Origin: Phoronis australis
Lineage: Eukaryota; Animalia; Phoronida
DNA: 64,000 bases
Direction: 5' to 3'
Assembly (NCBI GenBank): GCA_002633005.1
Contig: NMRA01000003.1
Location: 1-64,000 of the forward strand
Shown here piece after piece: positions 49,406 through 61,700 of this stretch (its first letter is position 1; every line of letters begins with the position of its first letter). The notes under the pieces were generated by a model. The model saw only the letters and a list, made by a program, of their open reading frames with translations. It was not told where the DNA came from and made no database searches. The translations under genes were made by a program, and so were the position numbers.

Positions 49406-50589
49406 GGTCACACTTGATAACGCAAAGCGGTGCCACCGAAAATTTGTACGCTTGTCAATGAATTCTTTCAGAATCCGCTTCTACAGAGCGCCATAACCCA
49501 TGCATGCCATTCAAGGATCTTTACTTGACTTCTGTAATGGGTAACACAAATATTGCCTTATGCTAGTGCCTTGCACTAGTATTGATATTTATACTCCCGA
49601 GGTCTACTAAATCTATACACATGCGAGAAACGTCGCTTATGACGACACTAAAATCGATAGAGATTCCTCGTGACCAAGACTAAATGCGGCATTAGTTCAG
49701 CTCACTATATCGAAGTATTATAATGAGTCTGAACGCATAATTTCAAAGCTGAGTATTGGATTTCTCCTTAATTGATTTAACAATGTTGGTCTACAGCGCG
49801 GGTGGAGAACTAGGCATGCATAGTAAAATAAATGTCGCTATTGTTCAAGTTCTGTACCTAAATATAGGATATGTAAGTCAAGTGCATGTATGTCTGGTTT
49901 AGCCATCTTTTCTTTTCGTTATTCTGTATCAGACACGCTCTGTCATGTACCAGTCCACCGTCAGTCAGTTGCTAAATTCTAGGATTTTCGGAAATCATGA
50001 CCGCCTACGTCATATTTGACTCACAGACACGGCATTCTACTTGTTTAAAGTAATAACGCACTTCGCAGTGTCCAACGACACCTGACTTTTACTTTTTCGA
50101 TTACAAAGCACTTCAAATTACTTTTTGAATAAATTTATACAACAATTATGGATTGAAAGCTACTACAGTGTTTTAGGAAGTTACCCGAAAGCCTGGGTGT
50201 TACATAAAAGTTTGGCGCAGTAAAAATGATCAAAATTGTTTCCATCTCGACATTGAAAAATGACCCCGGGTCGCTTTTTCACAGGATCTAAAATAAATGT
50301 GAGGACTTTCAACCAATCAAAAGGTCATACCGCCGTTGTTGAAAACGGTTCAGCTATAGACGAAGGGTCAAAAAGGGGGGGGGGACATTTTCAAAAGTTT
50401 CGTGTAACCAAGTACTTGGCTGACGAATAGCCCGCAATGGAAGAAAACCAATTTGAGGGCGGTTACATGAAACTTTTTTATTGCAAAATAGGAACATAAC
50501 TGACAGGAGCGTATAAGTCCTTTTTATTTTCCATGTACTTGAATGTTTTTTGGACCACACTAATATACGAGGTATTTTTTGTGACAGGT

Positions 50590-51560
50590 GACATTTCAGA
50601 TATTCATTCATTACTGTATACAGACGATATGTTGTTGTGCACGAGTACTCCAGTGAATCTGCAGAGATTGTTGAATTGTCTCAATAGCTATTGTATGGCG
50701 TACAGTACGCCAGTAAACCTTAAAAAACAACAGTATTGTATTTAGAGATGGAGGTCCATCGCGAAACTACGAAAGATAATTCTTTAACAAGGATTATGTG
50801 AAAGTGGTTAGCTATACTATAAGAATTTGGGACTCGTGGTTACTATCAAGGCGTGGACTACAGCGACAACAAACCTTGCTAGACAAGTCTCTAGTTTACT
50901 GGCTGTCATCGATAGGTTCATCAACGATGCAAAAGTTTTCCAATGTCGTGATTCCCTTTTGAATTATATGAAAATCTCATATACCCGTCATTGTGTTATG
51001 CTCTGAAATATGGAGGTGTATGGAACACTGAAAATGCATTTACGTTTTTGTAAAATGGTTCTTGGAGTAGGAACCGCCTGATCTAATGCTGCAATTTTAA
51101 GTGAACATGGGAGGTTCTCCTCTGTATAATACATATTGTATTACTTTGATTAAATCCTGGTTTAAAATTCTAAAGATGTCATCTGAAAAATACACGCTAA
51201 CAGCTGATGGCATGCTCTATAAATTAAATAGTTTTGGCAAGTCCACTAAGTATAATTGGGTATCGACAGTTAGAACAACTGATCGAAATAGGGTTTCCAC
51301 GAAGTCTGGCTAAACGAGGGTGTAATTCGCGAAGGAACAAGTTTTGGTATACAGATATTCACAATAAGAGAAAATTATACTATTACGAAATTGAAGGAAA
51401 ACTTTGACGTAGAAACACACATAAAATTTAATTGCCATGAGTTTTCATCCAAACTACCTCGAGATTTCGTTGTTGAAACCATGATTTACAAGCAGAGAGT
51501 GGTGAACTTTTAAAATTGATATGATGATAGAATATACCCCTTCTGTGCGAGGAAATCTAA
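50590..51560 (+). mobile_element. Decayed non-LTR retrotransposon RT and C-terminal region (RTE-X/CR1-like)
   Basis: LLYTDDMLL (YADD motif), LQRLLNCLNSYC, SEIW and HLRFCKMVLGVG..SNAAILSEHG, with frameshifts and stops. Confidence 0.8.
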
Positions 51561-51608
51561 ATACCTTATGTCTTTTGCGATTTCCGACGTTTGATCAATT
51601 TCATTCAT

Positions 51609-51754
51609 CTGGGCTGGATTGCATAAAATTATCCGCTGGATAAGTTTGATTGTTGCAAGACGTCAGGTGCATTGTTCAATGTAACAATATGGCGCGTGAT
51701 AATGCGACGTCATTGTTGCTATACGGTGTATAATTTTTATGCGACTGGGCCCTG
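51609..51754. mobile_element. MITE, inverted homologue of 36034-36190
   Basis: ctgggctggattgcataaaa..tttttatgcgactgggccctg. Confidence 0.8.
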
Positions 51755-52699
51755 ATGGTGGATTGTAAAAGTGACATTGTTTAATTTCGTGATTTTCACG
51801 CTGAGACAAAAATAGAGAGGTTATGCAGAGAAATGTTGGTTACCTAAGTTTTACGAACCTGGACGCTATTATGGTACTATTTGCCTGAGTGTTATTTTAT
51901 ACAATGGAAATACAACAGTGATAAAATTGAACACTAGAAAACAGAGAACCCGAAATTTCTGTGATCAATAATTTAGAACCTAAGACTAAGTATAAAAAAA
52001 ACCCCGGAGGTTAATAATTTAAAAGAAAAAGTTGTATTTGATATTCAAAAGCACGCAATAAATAGAAACTTTTCATGACTTATTAAATCTTAATTCTGAT
52101 ACCACATCTGAAGTGTTTAATGATCTATTGTACAGCCCAATATTACAGTGAAAACCCGGTTTGGAAAGCATCACGATCCAGTTTTGAGTTGCGATGTACT
52201 GTAATCTGGGGTGGAAAAGACTGTTTTGAAGCCAAACTCTAACAAAGCTGTAGGAACCCAGAATATACCCTACAAAACATTTAAAAACGAAAATTCTATA
52301 AAGATACCTACACGATTATTTCAAATGTTTTGACAGAGGTATCACTCAATGAACTAGGGGGAATTTTGTGATTACACTTACCATTGACGGATTTAGAGGG
52401 GGCCCACCCCCCTAAAATTTCTCCCAGATTCCATTTGGCAGTTCGGGGTGCAAATATCTGAGTCAGACGTGCCCCCCAACTCAAAATCCTGGATCCGCCC
52501 CTGCTTTAGTTACTCCAAAGAAAAGTTCATGCGATCCGAGAATATTACCGCATTGTGTCTATGAAATTATTCAGTTGTGTAATAAATAACCAATTTTTAA
52601 AGTTTGCTATGCTAACGAACAAAATGGCTTCCGTAGGAGTGGAGCTGGTATTGATCGTATTTTTGCTTAAACGTCTATTATTAGAAACCGTGCTGTACA

Positions 52700-53030
52700 G
52701 CATTTCTCGACATTCAAAAGGCTTTTGACTGGACGGATAGAAATTAACGTAAATACTAAGTTCTGGGAATGATTTAATTTATGGTAGTTAATTTCATGAT
52801 ATTGTTAAGTTAGTTCTTTCAAAATCGCTTGACATGTGTATCGCTCTACTGAGTGGTTCCCAAGAAACAAACAATGGCGTTAGACAACGGGAAAATATTT
52901 CTCTCACAATTATGAACGATGTAATAAGTTAGCAACATAGGTGCATAGGTTGAATATTTAAATAGCTCTGTGTCGTTTTTATGCTGAGGATATCATTATG
53001 ATAGCAGAATCTGCGAATTCTATACAGCCA
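52700..53030 (+). mobile_element. Second decayed LINE RT fragment
   Basis: AFLDIQKAFDW, GVRQRENIS and FYAEDI are degenerate RT domain 3-5 motifs. Confidence 0.7.
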
Positions 53031-54109
53031 GCGGGTAATCTGGTAAAAAATGATATAGAAAATAGAGCTGTGAGGTTTTACCTTGGTGTCCATTAATATT
53101 CTTCAAACCACGTGGTTAACGGTGATATGGGATGGCAATTCAATAGCGGAGTTGCAACCGAATCGCATGTCCGGAAATTAGGCTACTGGGATTGTTGATG
53201 GTAAACGTGAAAAGGGTGAAAAGGGAAGTCGCTCCCTTTAACTTACCCAGTGCATAAAGTCATTTGCGTATGTAATTGGTCTTCAGAAGTTAAACATGTT
53301 TTTTCGAACTGAACAGTCAAGATTCGTTTATTAGTGGCCTTTAAAGAATACGGCGCATTAGATGCTAAAAGGGATTTAAAATAAGCATTTTTAAACAATT
53401 TATTGCTTCACCAAGATACACAGTCAAGAGGTGGGATATGACAGTGAAATGGAGTGAAATCATTCACAACTCGGATGTTGTGCGATGACTCCATTCTGTT
53501 GAATTTTGGTGTAAATCCTAAGCTTTCCTATCACAACTTAAAATTTTAAATTTCCTGCCAAAGGGAAAGTAATGGAGACTGGTAACAAGCGACCAATAAG
53601 TAAGACTCCCATTGTGCCTGGGGTTACTTCTTCTTTGGCATAGAGGAACAAATTGACATCGTAACACGACCCTTTTACAGCCTATATAATTAAAGTAGAT
53701 GTTGATATGTTCACAAAAGTTAAATTGCCTCCTCCTCCTATAGAGGCCACTAGTATCCAATCTCACGTGAAAGTGTCCCACCACTTTGCACGCTCTTTGC
53801 AATGGAACAGTTACTACAACGAACACTAGGTTAAAGAACTTAAAAGTTTATTTTTTGAATTAGTATCCTCAGCAATAAAAAGGAGTTTACATTCAATAGA
53901 TTCACCGTTAACCCCTAAGTAAAGTTTTTTACTAATATTATAAACACAATGAAGTGAATACGAAAACAGTATTCACAACACTGATGAAGGTGTTCAAACT
54001 ACATGAATGACAATGGCACCTATTATATGACAACTGGTAATTACACAGCAGTTGCACCTTCTCACACAGAAACATAAACCACACCTATAGAGATTCTACC
54101 TTCCTCTTG

Positions 54110-54330
54110 CATCATACAAAAGACTGAGACTGTTTAAGAGGAAGGTGTCTTTAGATAACTCAGTACAAAACATATACCCACACAAAGAGACTCTTATTTT
54201 CCATCATACAAACGTCTGAGAATGTTCGAGTAAGGTGTCTTTAGATAACCCAGTACAAAACATATACCCACACAAAGAGACTCTTATTTTCCATCGTACA
54301 AAAATCTGAGAATATTCAAGAGTAAGGTGC
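54110..54330 (+). repeat. About 92-bp tandem repeat (about 2.4 copies)
   Basis: catcatacaaa..ctgaga..aaggtgtctttagataac.cagtacaaaacatatacccacacaaagagactcttattttc is repeated. Confidence 0.85.
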
Positions 54331-55464
54331 AATAAGCCAGTATGTACTGTATTAAGCCTACCTGATCAACAGAAAAAAGCAACATAACTGCTGATTGTCT
54401 TGATTTTAATAGTATAAGAATTACCCATCTCCTTTAAATGATATCCAAAACTAAGATAGTCAATAACATGCAAAAAGCAATTACTTTGAATGACTGATAA
54501 CTGTTAATAACACTTGCTATTAATTAAAATATATGACTGAACAACAATACTTACAATGAATCAACAAACATGAGCATACACATTTCCTATAAATATCAAT
54601 GGCAACGTAACTGAAAGATCTCAACCTCCTCAAATCTAGCCCCCAGTAACATGCTCAAGATCTCTTTTCTCGATTCTTCGGGTGAGTGAACCCTATTAAC
54701 TTGGTTTTAACCCTTAACCCTTAAGTGGCTATGCCTTCCATCACAAAAACTAACAACTTACCGTAATGAAATTGGTTTCAAATTGTTCCTCGGTCAAACA
54801 GGAAGTGATGCCGAGACTTAGAAAGAATTGACAGTCTGTCACTTCATCAGACCAAGGTCAAAATTTCCGGTCCTGCCATGACCGGAAAATTTATGAGCTT
54901 GGTCTAAGTAAATAACGAACTGCCCATTATTCCGAGCCCTGAGATCACTTTTAAACTGAATAACGAACAAGACAAGACTAACTTCATAATGCTAAATGGT
55001 CTAAATCAAACTTCTTTTTTTGACAAAAAGCACGGGTTTAATGTTGCTTAAAAGTTACAGCTACACTTTTTTATATCAAAATGAAATACTCTTCAATAAA
55101 CACCAATTGTAAAAATAGACTTCGAAAATAGCAAATACTATCATGTTACGTGATACAATGTTGATGCTTCAAGAGTCAATTAACAGTACATGACTAACAA
55201 CGTGACTTGTTTGTTTTGTGCATAAAGCAATATGATTTCTAATAATGCATGATTAATAAGCACCTAAAGGATACTTTACTAATAGATTAAAACTTATCAA
55301 ATCAATGAAGAAAATAAAGAAATCAACAAATTCTATCTGATATAAACGAATGAAATTGTTACAAAACAACAAATCATGAGGCCAATCTGACATGATTTTT
55401 TTTCTTGTTGCCAACAAGCATCTACAAGTTTACAAATTTGATGTGGTACTCAATATGAAAAACT

Positions 55465-55730
55465 CAGTCAGTAGCCAACTTGGTGTCTCAACCTTGACAA
55501 GATACTTGTTATAAACCCGCAGTCAATAGTCAGCTAGTTGTCGTAACGTTGATGAGATACTCATTATAAAACCACCAGTCAATAGCCAGCTTGTTGTCCA
55601 AACGTTTATGAGATACTCAACGTAACCAGCTTGTTGCTTCAACGTTGACGAAATAATCATTATAATGAACCCCTCAGTCAATAGCCAGCTTGTTGTCTCA
55701 ATGTTGAAGAGATGCTCATTATAAAACCAC
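55465..55730. repeat. Degenerate about 50-bp tandem repeat in the ABCG2-like 3'UTR
   Basis: Recurring cagtcaatagccagcttgttgtc..aacgttgatgagatactcattataaaacc. Confidence 0.75.
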
Positions 55731-55764
55731 AACAGGCAATTTGTGGTCCTAACTGCTCCCATGG

Positions 55765-58700
55765 TTACTTTATCTTCTTTATCCGTCTCAACTGTATATA
55801 AGTCAGGGTCATACAGATCACTGTAATACACACCTGGGCTACAATATTCACCCACAAGTCCCACATTGTAGTGTGAACAATTCCTTGTAGGTCTAAGTAA
55901 TCAGTACCAAGAGTGCTGCAATGACCAAGGATATTGATTTTAATGCCAACAATAACTACGGCAAAATCTCATCAACTTCCAACAAAAATAAAATAGCTAA
56001 CATTGAACTTTCCATTTTTCTGGCATTGCTGAAAATTACAATTTCTCAAAACATTTTCCATTAGTAGCTATGATAGAGAGCATGAACGTGGAAAACCATG
56101 AACATGGCGCTGGATATCTTCCATGGAACAAATGCGAAAATGAAATTTCACACCTCTGCCACACTGTGTCCTAAATTGGAGAGATTATACCATAAGGCAT
56201 AAATAAAAATAACACACAATAACACATAACTGACGAGTCAACAACAATGGCAATGTTGGCAATAATAATACTACAGTTGATGATGATTATGGTATGAGGT
56301 GACAACATTATGGTACGAGGTGACAACATTATGGTACGAGGTGACAACATTATGGTACGAGGTGACAACATTATGGTATGAGGTGACAACAATGAAGACA
56401 ATGCTGATGTGTAAAGTACACCACCTGTGCCAACACTGTAGGTGACACTGATTGACAACTAAGAAACCAATCACAATCATGAAGTTAATAACACCAAAGA
56501 TATGGACGCTGACGCAAGCACTGCTTAAAAGGACACTTCTAATTACGTCACCCCACACGTGCTGACACCGATGACAGAAGGATGACTTTGCCAATGACAT
56601 TGACCGACAGCCTGGAGACAGGACTTGTGCAACAAACGCTGAATGTGAGATGGTGGGCAACAATTATGTGTAAAATTCATGTCAATTAGATGGCCTACAA
56701 CATGGGCCAATCAATAAGAAAGTGAGGAAGGTTCAGTCAACAATAGAATAGTCATAAGAAAATGACAAATCATTAGAGAACCGTAAGTTATAGAGAGTAA
56801 CGGATACCATACTTCTTGCAAATCTTGACAAGATCTAATCACCCAAGACTTCTCACAAAGATTCATCCAGAGAGGTATGGTCTCTAAAGACAAAGATAAA
56901 AAAGACCACCCCAGCACTGCTTTTCGTCTGTTTCCAACAAAAAATGACAGGACTCAAGCCTTTGGTGAGACACCCACTGTGTGAAAATGACATGTTAATC
57001 GGACAAGAAATAAAACTGGTTGTGTGTGAACAAATAAACTTTATGACGTATCCAAAATGTTGACTTCCTCTCACTATCAATGACTTCCAGAAAAATCTTA
57101 AAATGAGCACACCAAACGTTTATCACCTCCCCACAGGGAATATTTTGTTATATGAACTAGTGAGTTCAGCTTGTTACAGTTCTTTGTGACAGAAAGATAT
57201 CAACATTCAAATCAAGGAGACTTACCAAGTCTGACCAGTGGCAAGAGACAAAGTTGCGTTCGAAGTTGTCCCACAAAACTTGAGCTCTTTCAGCTCGTTG
57301 ATACTCAAAGCCTAGAATAATCAGAATCACTGATAATAATAATTTTAAAAATTAGCGCAGTGTTCATTAACCTTTGTACGAAGAACTGTCAAGGAGATAT
57401 ACAAGAAAATCTAACAGGATGAAGAAACTTTTGAGAACACGAACTGCAGAGAATGCAGGGCTTGGAATGACCGATGATGAAAGAAGAGGAAATTTTTCCA
57501 GGTGAAGTATTCCACAAATAAATAAGCTTGTGTGATAGAAAATATACTTCTTGTGTTATAAAGTTTAACTAAAACAAACCTTTTTGCAGGAAATAAGTCA
57601 AAATAATGATAAAAAAAGAGGAAACTGGAAATCAGATAAGAGGAAATCCAAACCAAAAAAGAGGAAAACCTCTTAAAAGAGGAAAATTCCGAGCCACTAA
57701 AATGACAGTTGGCTGAAAAGTTGACTTATACGGGCCTAAATATGATCTCAATTGGGCCTTGGAATACTTTTCAATTTCAACTACACCACTTTCCCCTATT
57801 GTTCAGCCTAACATTACTACATAGAAGTTGACTTCATGCAAGCAAGTGTTGTGCACTAAATTACTGTCAGCTATTTTTAAAATAAAACATGGTAAATATG
57901 TTTATAATTAAAAAAATCCTACATACCGACAAAGAATACTTGACAATACTGAAGTATTGTAACCAGTGCAGCCATGGACCAACCGAGTCCAAGTTCACAA
58001 GTAGTCCACTAAATATCTGAAACAGAAAGACTTCGCACATCAAGGGAAGACTGCAGTCATTTTCGAAACTCCAAGTACTTAAGATAATACAAACAGACAG
58101 TTAAGTTAAAGGCGTCCTGAAACGTGTTTTTCTTAGATTGATTTAGTCATCACATGACGTCTCCATTCCACAGGCATGTAAGTGCCACTACGGGACATGC
58201 CACTAAAAATATGTAGGTGTACAAAAATATTCATCATGCACATTCTTTGAATTTTAACTCATGTAGCATGATGATAAAGCAATGCGGAAATCCGTTTTCT
58301 CACGAAAAGAAAGTCAATGCATTTCTACACGTATTGCAATCTTAAGGCTCACCATCATAAAGACATAACACAGACTGATAAACAGGTTGGCAACAGATGG
58401 CAGGTTGACACTGGCACTGATGGCAAAGGCCAGGCTAGAGGCGGACAGTGTGGTGGTCAACAGGCTGAGAAGGAAGAAGAAGAACTTGCCAACGTCCACT
58501 TGAAAGCCTGCAGGTAGTAGTGACCACATTTCATGCACATGTCAACACAGACTCAAGCTGCAGTAAATCACTATGGCAGAACAGGTACAGCCAGCTCTAC
58601 ATTCATATCCAACAGATTTTGCAATATCAATGAGGTAACATTTAGGAGAAAATACTACCAACCCATTGCACTAAGCTCAACATGCACAATGCACATTACA

Positions 58701-61700
58701 TCAACAATCATGACAAAAAAGTGACATGCAAATTGTACTTAACATTTAATATGCAAAGGTCATTTATATTATTCTACACCTCCAGGCCAGATGTACTTCT
58801 GTTTACACTAACAAACCAAAGACCTAAGTCATGTTAACTGCAAATTGCCTTATGTAACAAGGACTTAATAAATAATAATAAGTAACTACCTATCATGAAG
58901 TACGTGACCACTGCCAAGAGAGATGTGGGAATGGCTCTGTTAGGGATGATGTCGCAGAACAACTTGGCAATGAAGTAGGCAGACACGCGATAGAAACCAC
59001 TGGCATTCTCATGGCTGCAAAGAATTCATGTTGCGACATAACTGGAGATGAAACCAAACACAAATTTTAAACATAGATGTTAGGATTTAATTCGCATCAT
59101 TATCTTTTGAATGCGGAACGCTTTTCGTTCACAAGAGCATTGTCCAGAATTATGCCCTAGAATAAAAAAGCAGCAAGAAAAGGAAGCTTGTCATATTTCA
59201 ACAGATTGTTAATTTTGTTAACAATTAATAAAAGCATTAAGTTAATTACCTTGGTGATAACAGTTCCACAGAACATACAAGAGGATGTTTTGAAAATTAA
59301 TTTTGATTTACTTCATGAAACAAGCCCTATGTTCTCAGTGCAGAAGCAGAATACATCTGTTAGACTGTTCATGTTCTTTCAAAGCAACATTTAGTCAATA
59401 CGAGCAACAAAAGCTATGCACTCTTGGTATGTTCTTGAACATTAAGGGGTGCTTATTTCTAAAATATCTTCACCACAGCTGGAACCATTTGCACAATCAA
59501 CATCCAATTGACGTGTTCTCCTCATTAAGAACACATAAGTCAAGTTTCACGAGGATCCATCGCAAGATTGGTAATTAAGGCAGAAACAACTGACATTTTA
59601 CCACCAGGGTTCAAAAATCAATACCAACCTAGTTTTCCGCAATAGAAACCTAAATATCAAATCTCATGAAGAACCATGAAAGAACACTACAGATATTGAG
59701 GCAGACAAGAAGAAAACTCAAATTGCCACAAGGGAGCACCACAGTAGTCAGACTTGTCTAGAAATCAACATCAGTCATGTTGCCCCTTAATGACAGAAGA
59801 TCCATCAAAAAACTTTGTACGTACTAAGGCAGGCACAAAATAGTGCCACTATGGGGCGCCACAATAGTTGGAACTATTTAAAAATTAATGACAGCTATAC
59901 TCTCCTCAGCATGATCACACATGTCAAATTTCGTAAAGATCCAGCAAAGAACTTCATAGAAAGTGATACAAAGACATTAGAATTGCCACTAGGGGATGCC
60001 ACTATAGATGTCCAAAAATGTGACACTCCCTTCAATGTTTCAATTTTCATGACAAGTCTTCAAATGGTTCGGCAAATACGGATTTGGACGCAAAAAAAAA
60101 AAAAGATTGCCACTAATGGGTGCAGAATAGAACCACATCCATCAAAAATGGACCGGTGTCAATCACCTCATTCATACACACTTATTTGCCAATTTCCATG
60201 AAGATTTGTTAACTTGGCAGATATTGAGGCATATGCAAGGAATAACTTAATTGCCACTAGGGTATGTCACAGTAGTTTGACTCGTCCAGGGGTCAGCACC
60301 AGTTATGGTCTCCTCAATAGGAAAATACAAACCAAATTTCATATTGATCCATCAACATCCTTGGTACTAGATATTGAGGGAGGGACAAAGACAAAATTGC
60401 CACCAACAGGGATAATTTAGAAGTGTGTTCTCACATCATTGGCACAGAAATAATTTCTCTGCCACAGCATCATTGCTTAGCTCAGGCCAAGAGGCTCATT
60501 CAAATGGGAAGTGAAGAAGGACAAAAAACTAACATGTCCCATAGGTCCTCCAAATAGGTACATAAACTTGAGGGTGTCTAGATCAATGCACTCATAGCAA
60601 CAATTAGTCAATTAATTCCTGCATCAGGGGGTGCCAGAATTTTGAGACCCGTCAGAAAATCAATGTTAACTGTGTGCTATTGCACCTGCCAAATTTCACA
60701 ATACCCCTTCGAGCAGTTTGGCTAATAGAGGGATGCATGCTTAAATTATAAAAATTATAATAAAAATGGCAACTAGGATGTGCGGACTATGTTCAACCCA
60801 TACAAAACTGGGGGGGGGNNNNGGGCGGGAGAGTTGCTACAGGCATCTTAACAGAAATATATTTGCCAAATTTCGTAAAAGAACACAGTACACAAGTTGT
60901 CAGATCCGTCGGAAAAATCAACGTCATCTGTTGCAGCTTCATAGGAACACACCTGCTGAATTTCATGAAGATTCTGGAAGCAGTTTAAGAGATACAGCAG
61001 CAGACGCGTGCCGCCCAGACACAGATGATGGCAATACGCACTCACACTGTGTATATGTGAGTGCATGAAAAGGAAGGTTATTATGAGTTTTACCATTTTA
61101 ATCAACACATTTTGCCATGAAATATAATACAGACATAGTATAAAAATTCCATGATGGTGTTACGAAATTGTCCTCACACTAACAAAACCATTAATGACTC
61201 TGACTCATTTCATAAATAAAAAGAACTATTTCAAATACGAACAAGTAATTAATATGAAGGGTTTCATTTTTGTCAGAAAATATTCTATTTCGTAAAGCTT
61301 TGAGTTATCTGAGTGTACAAACAAAACAAGTGGAGCTGAAGCAACAACCAGCATCTGGTATGGACGGATGTCAGATATCTTCACCGAAGCGCTATCCTTA
61401 TCATAAACAAAAGTAGTCTCTTCAAAGATGGAAGTATAAAAAAAGACTATTAAATAATGAATGTAAAACTTTAATTTATTAAATGATAAATTAACAGAAG
61501 AATGCAAGTACTCACATGAATATAACACGTTCTTTGAGGAACAACTCAATAGCAGACAGATTTCCAAACAATAAGTTTGTGGATATGAAAAACAAAGACC
61601 CAATTCTGAAAAAGAAAACAATTCTTGTAAATAAAAATAATGAATCTTGACAAAAATGGCCAACACAGACATTGTTCCGAGTGGAACTTAACAAAAAGTG

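Noticed and set aside
49119-49496. 125-aa plus-strand ORF
   Set aside because: Antisense shadow of the large FBXL16 exon.
54706-54724. Interstitial telomeric repeat
   Set aside because: Only two TAACCCT 7-mers, not (TTAGGG)n.
55523-55864. 113-aa minus-strand ORF
   Set aside because: Alternative frame of the ABCG2 last exon running into a 3'UTR repeat.
56171-56663. ORFs with TIMLSPR/VVTSYHN repeats
   Set aside because: Translations of the 21-bp intronic tandem repeat.
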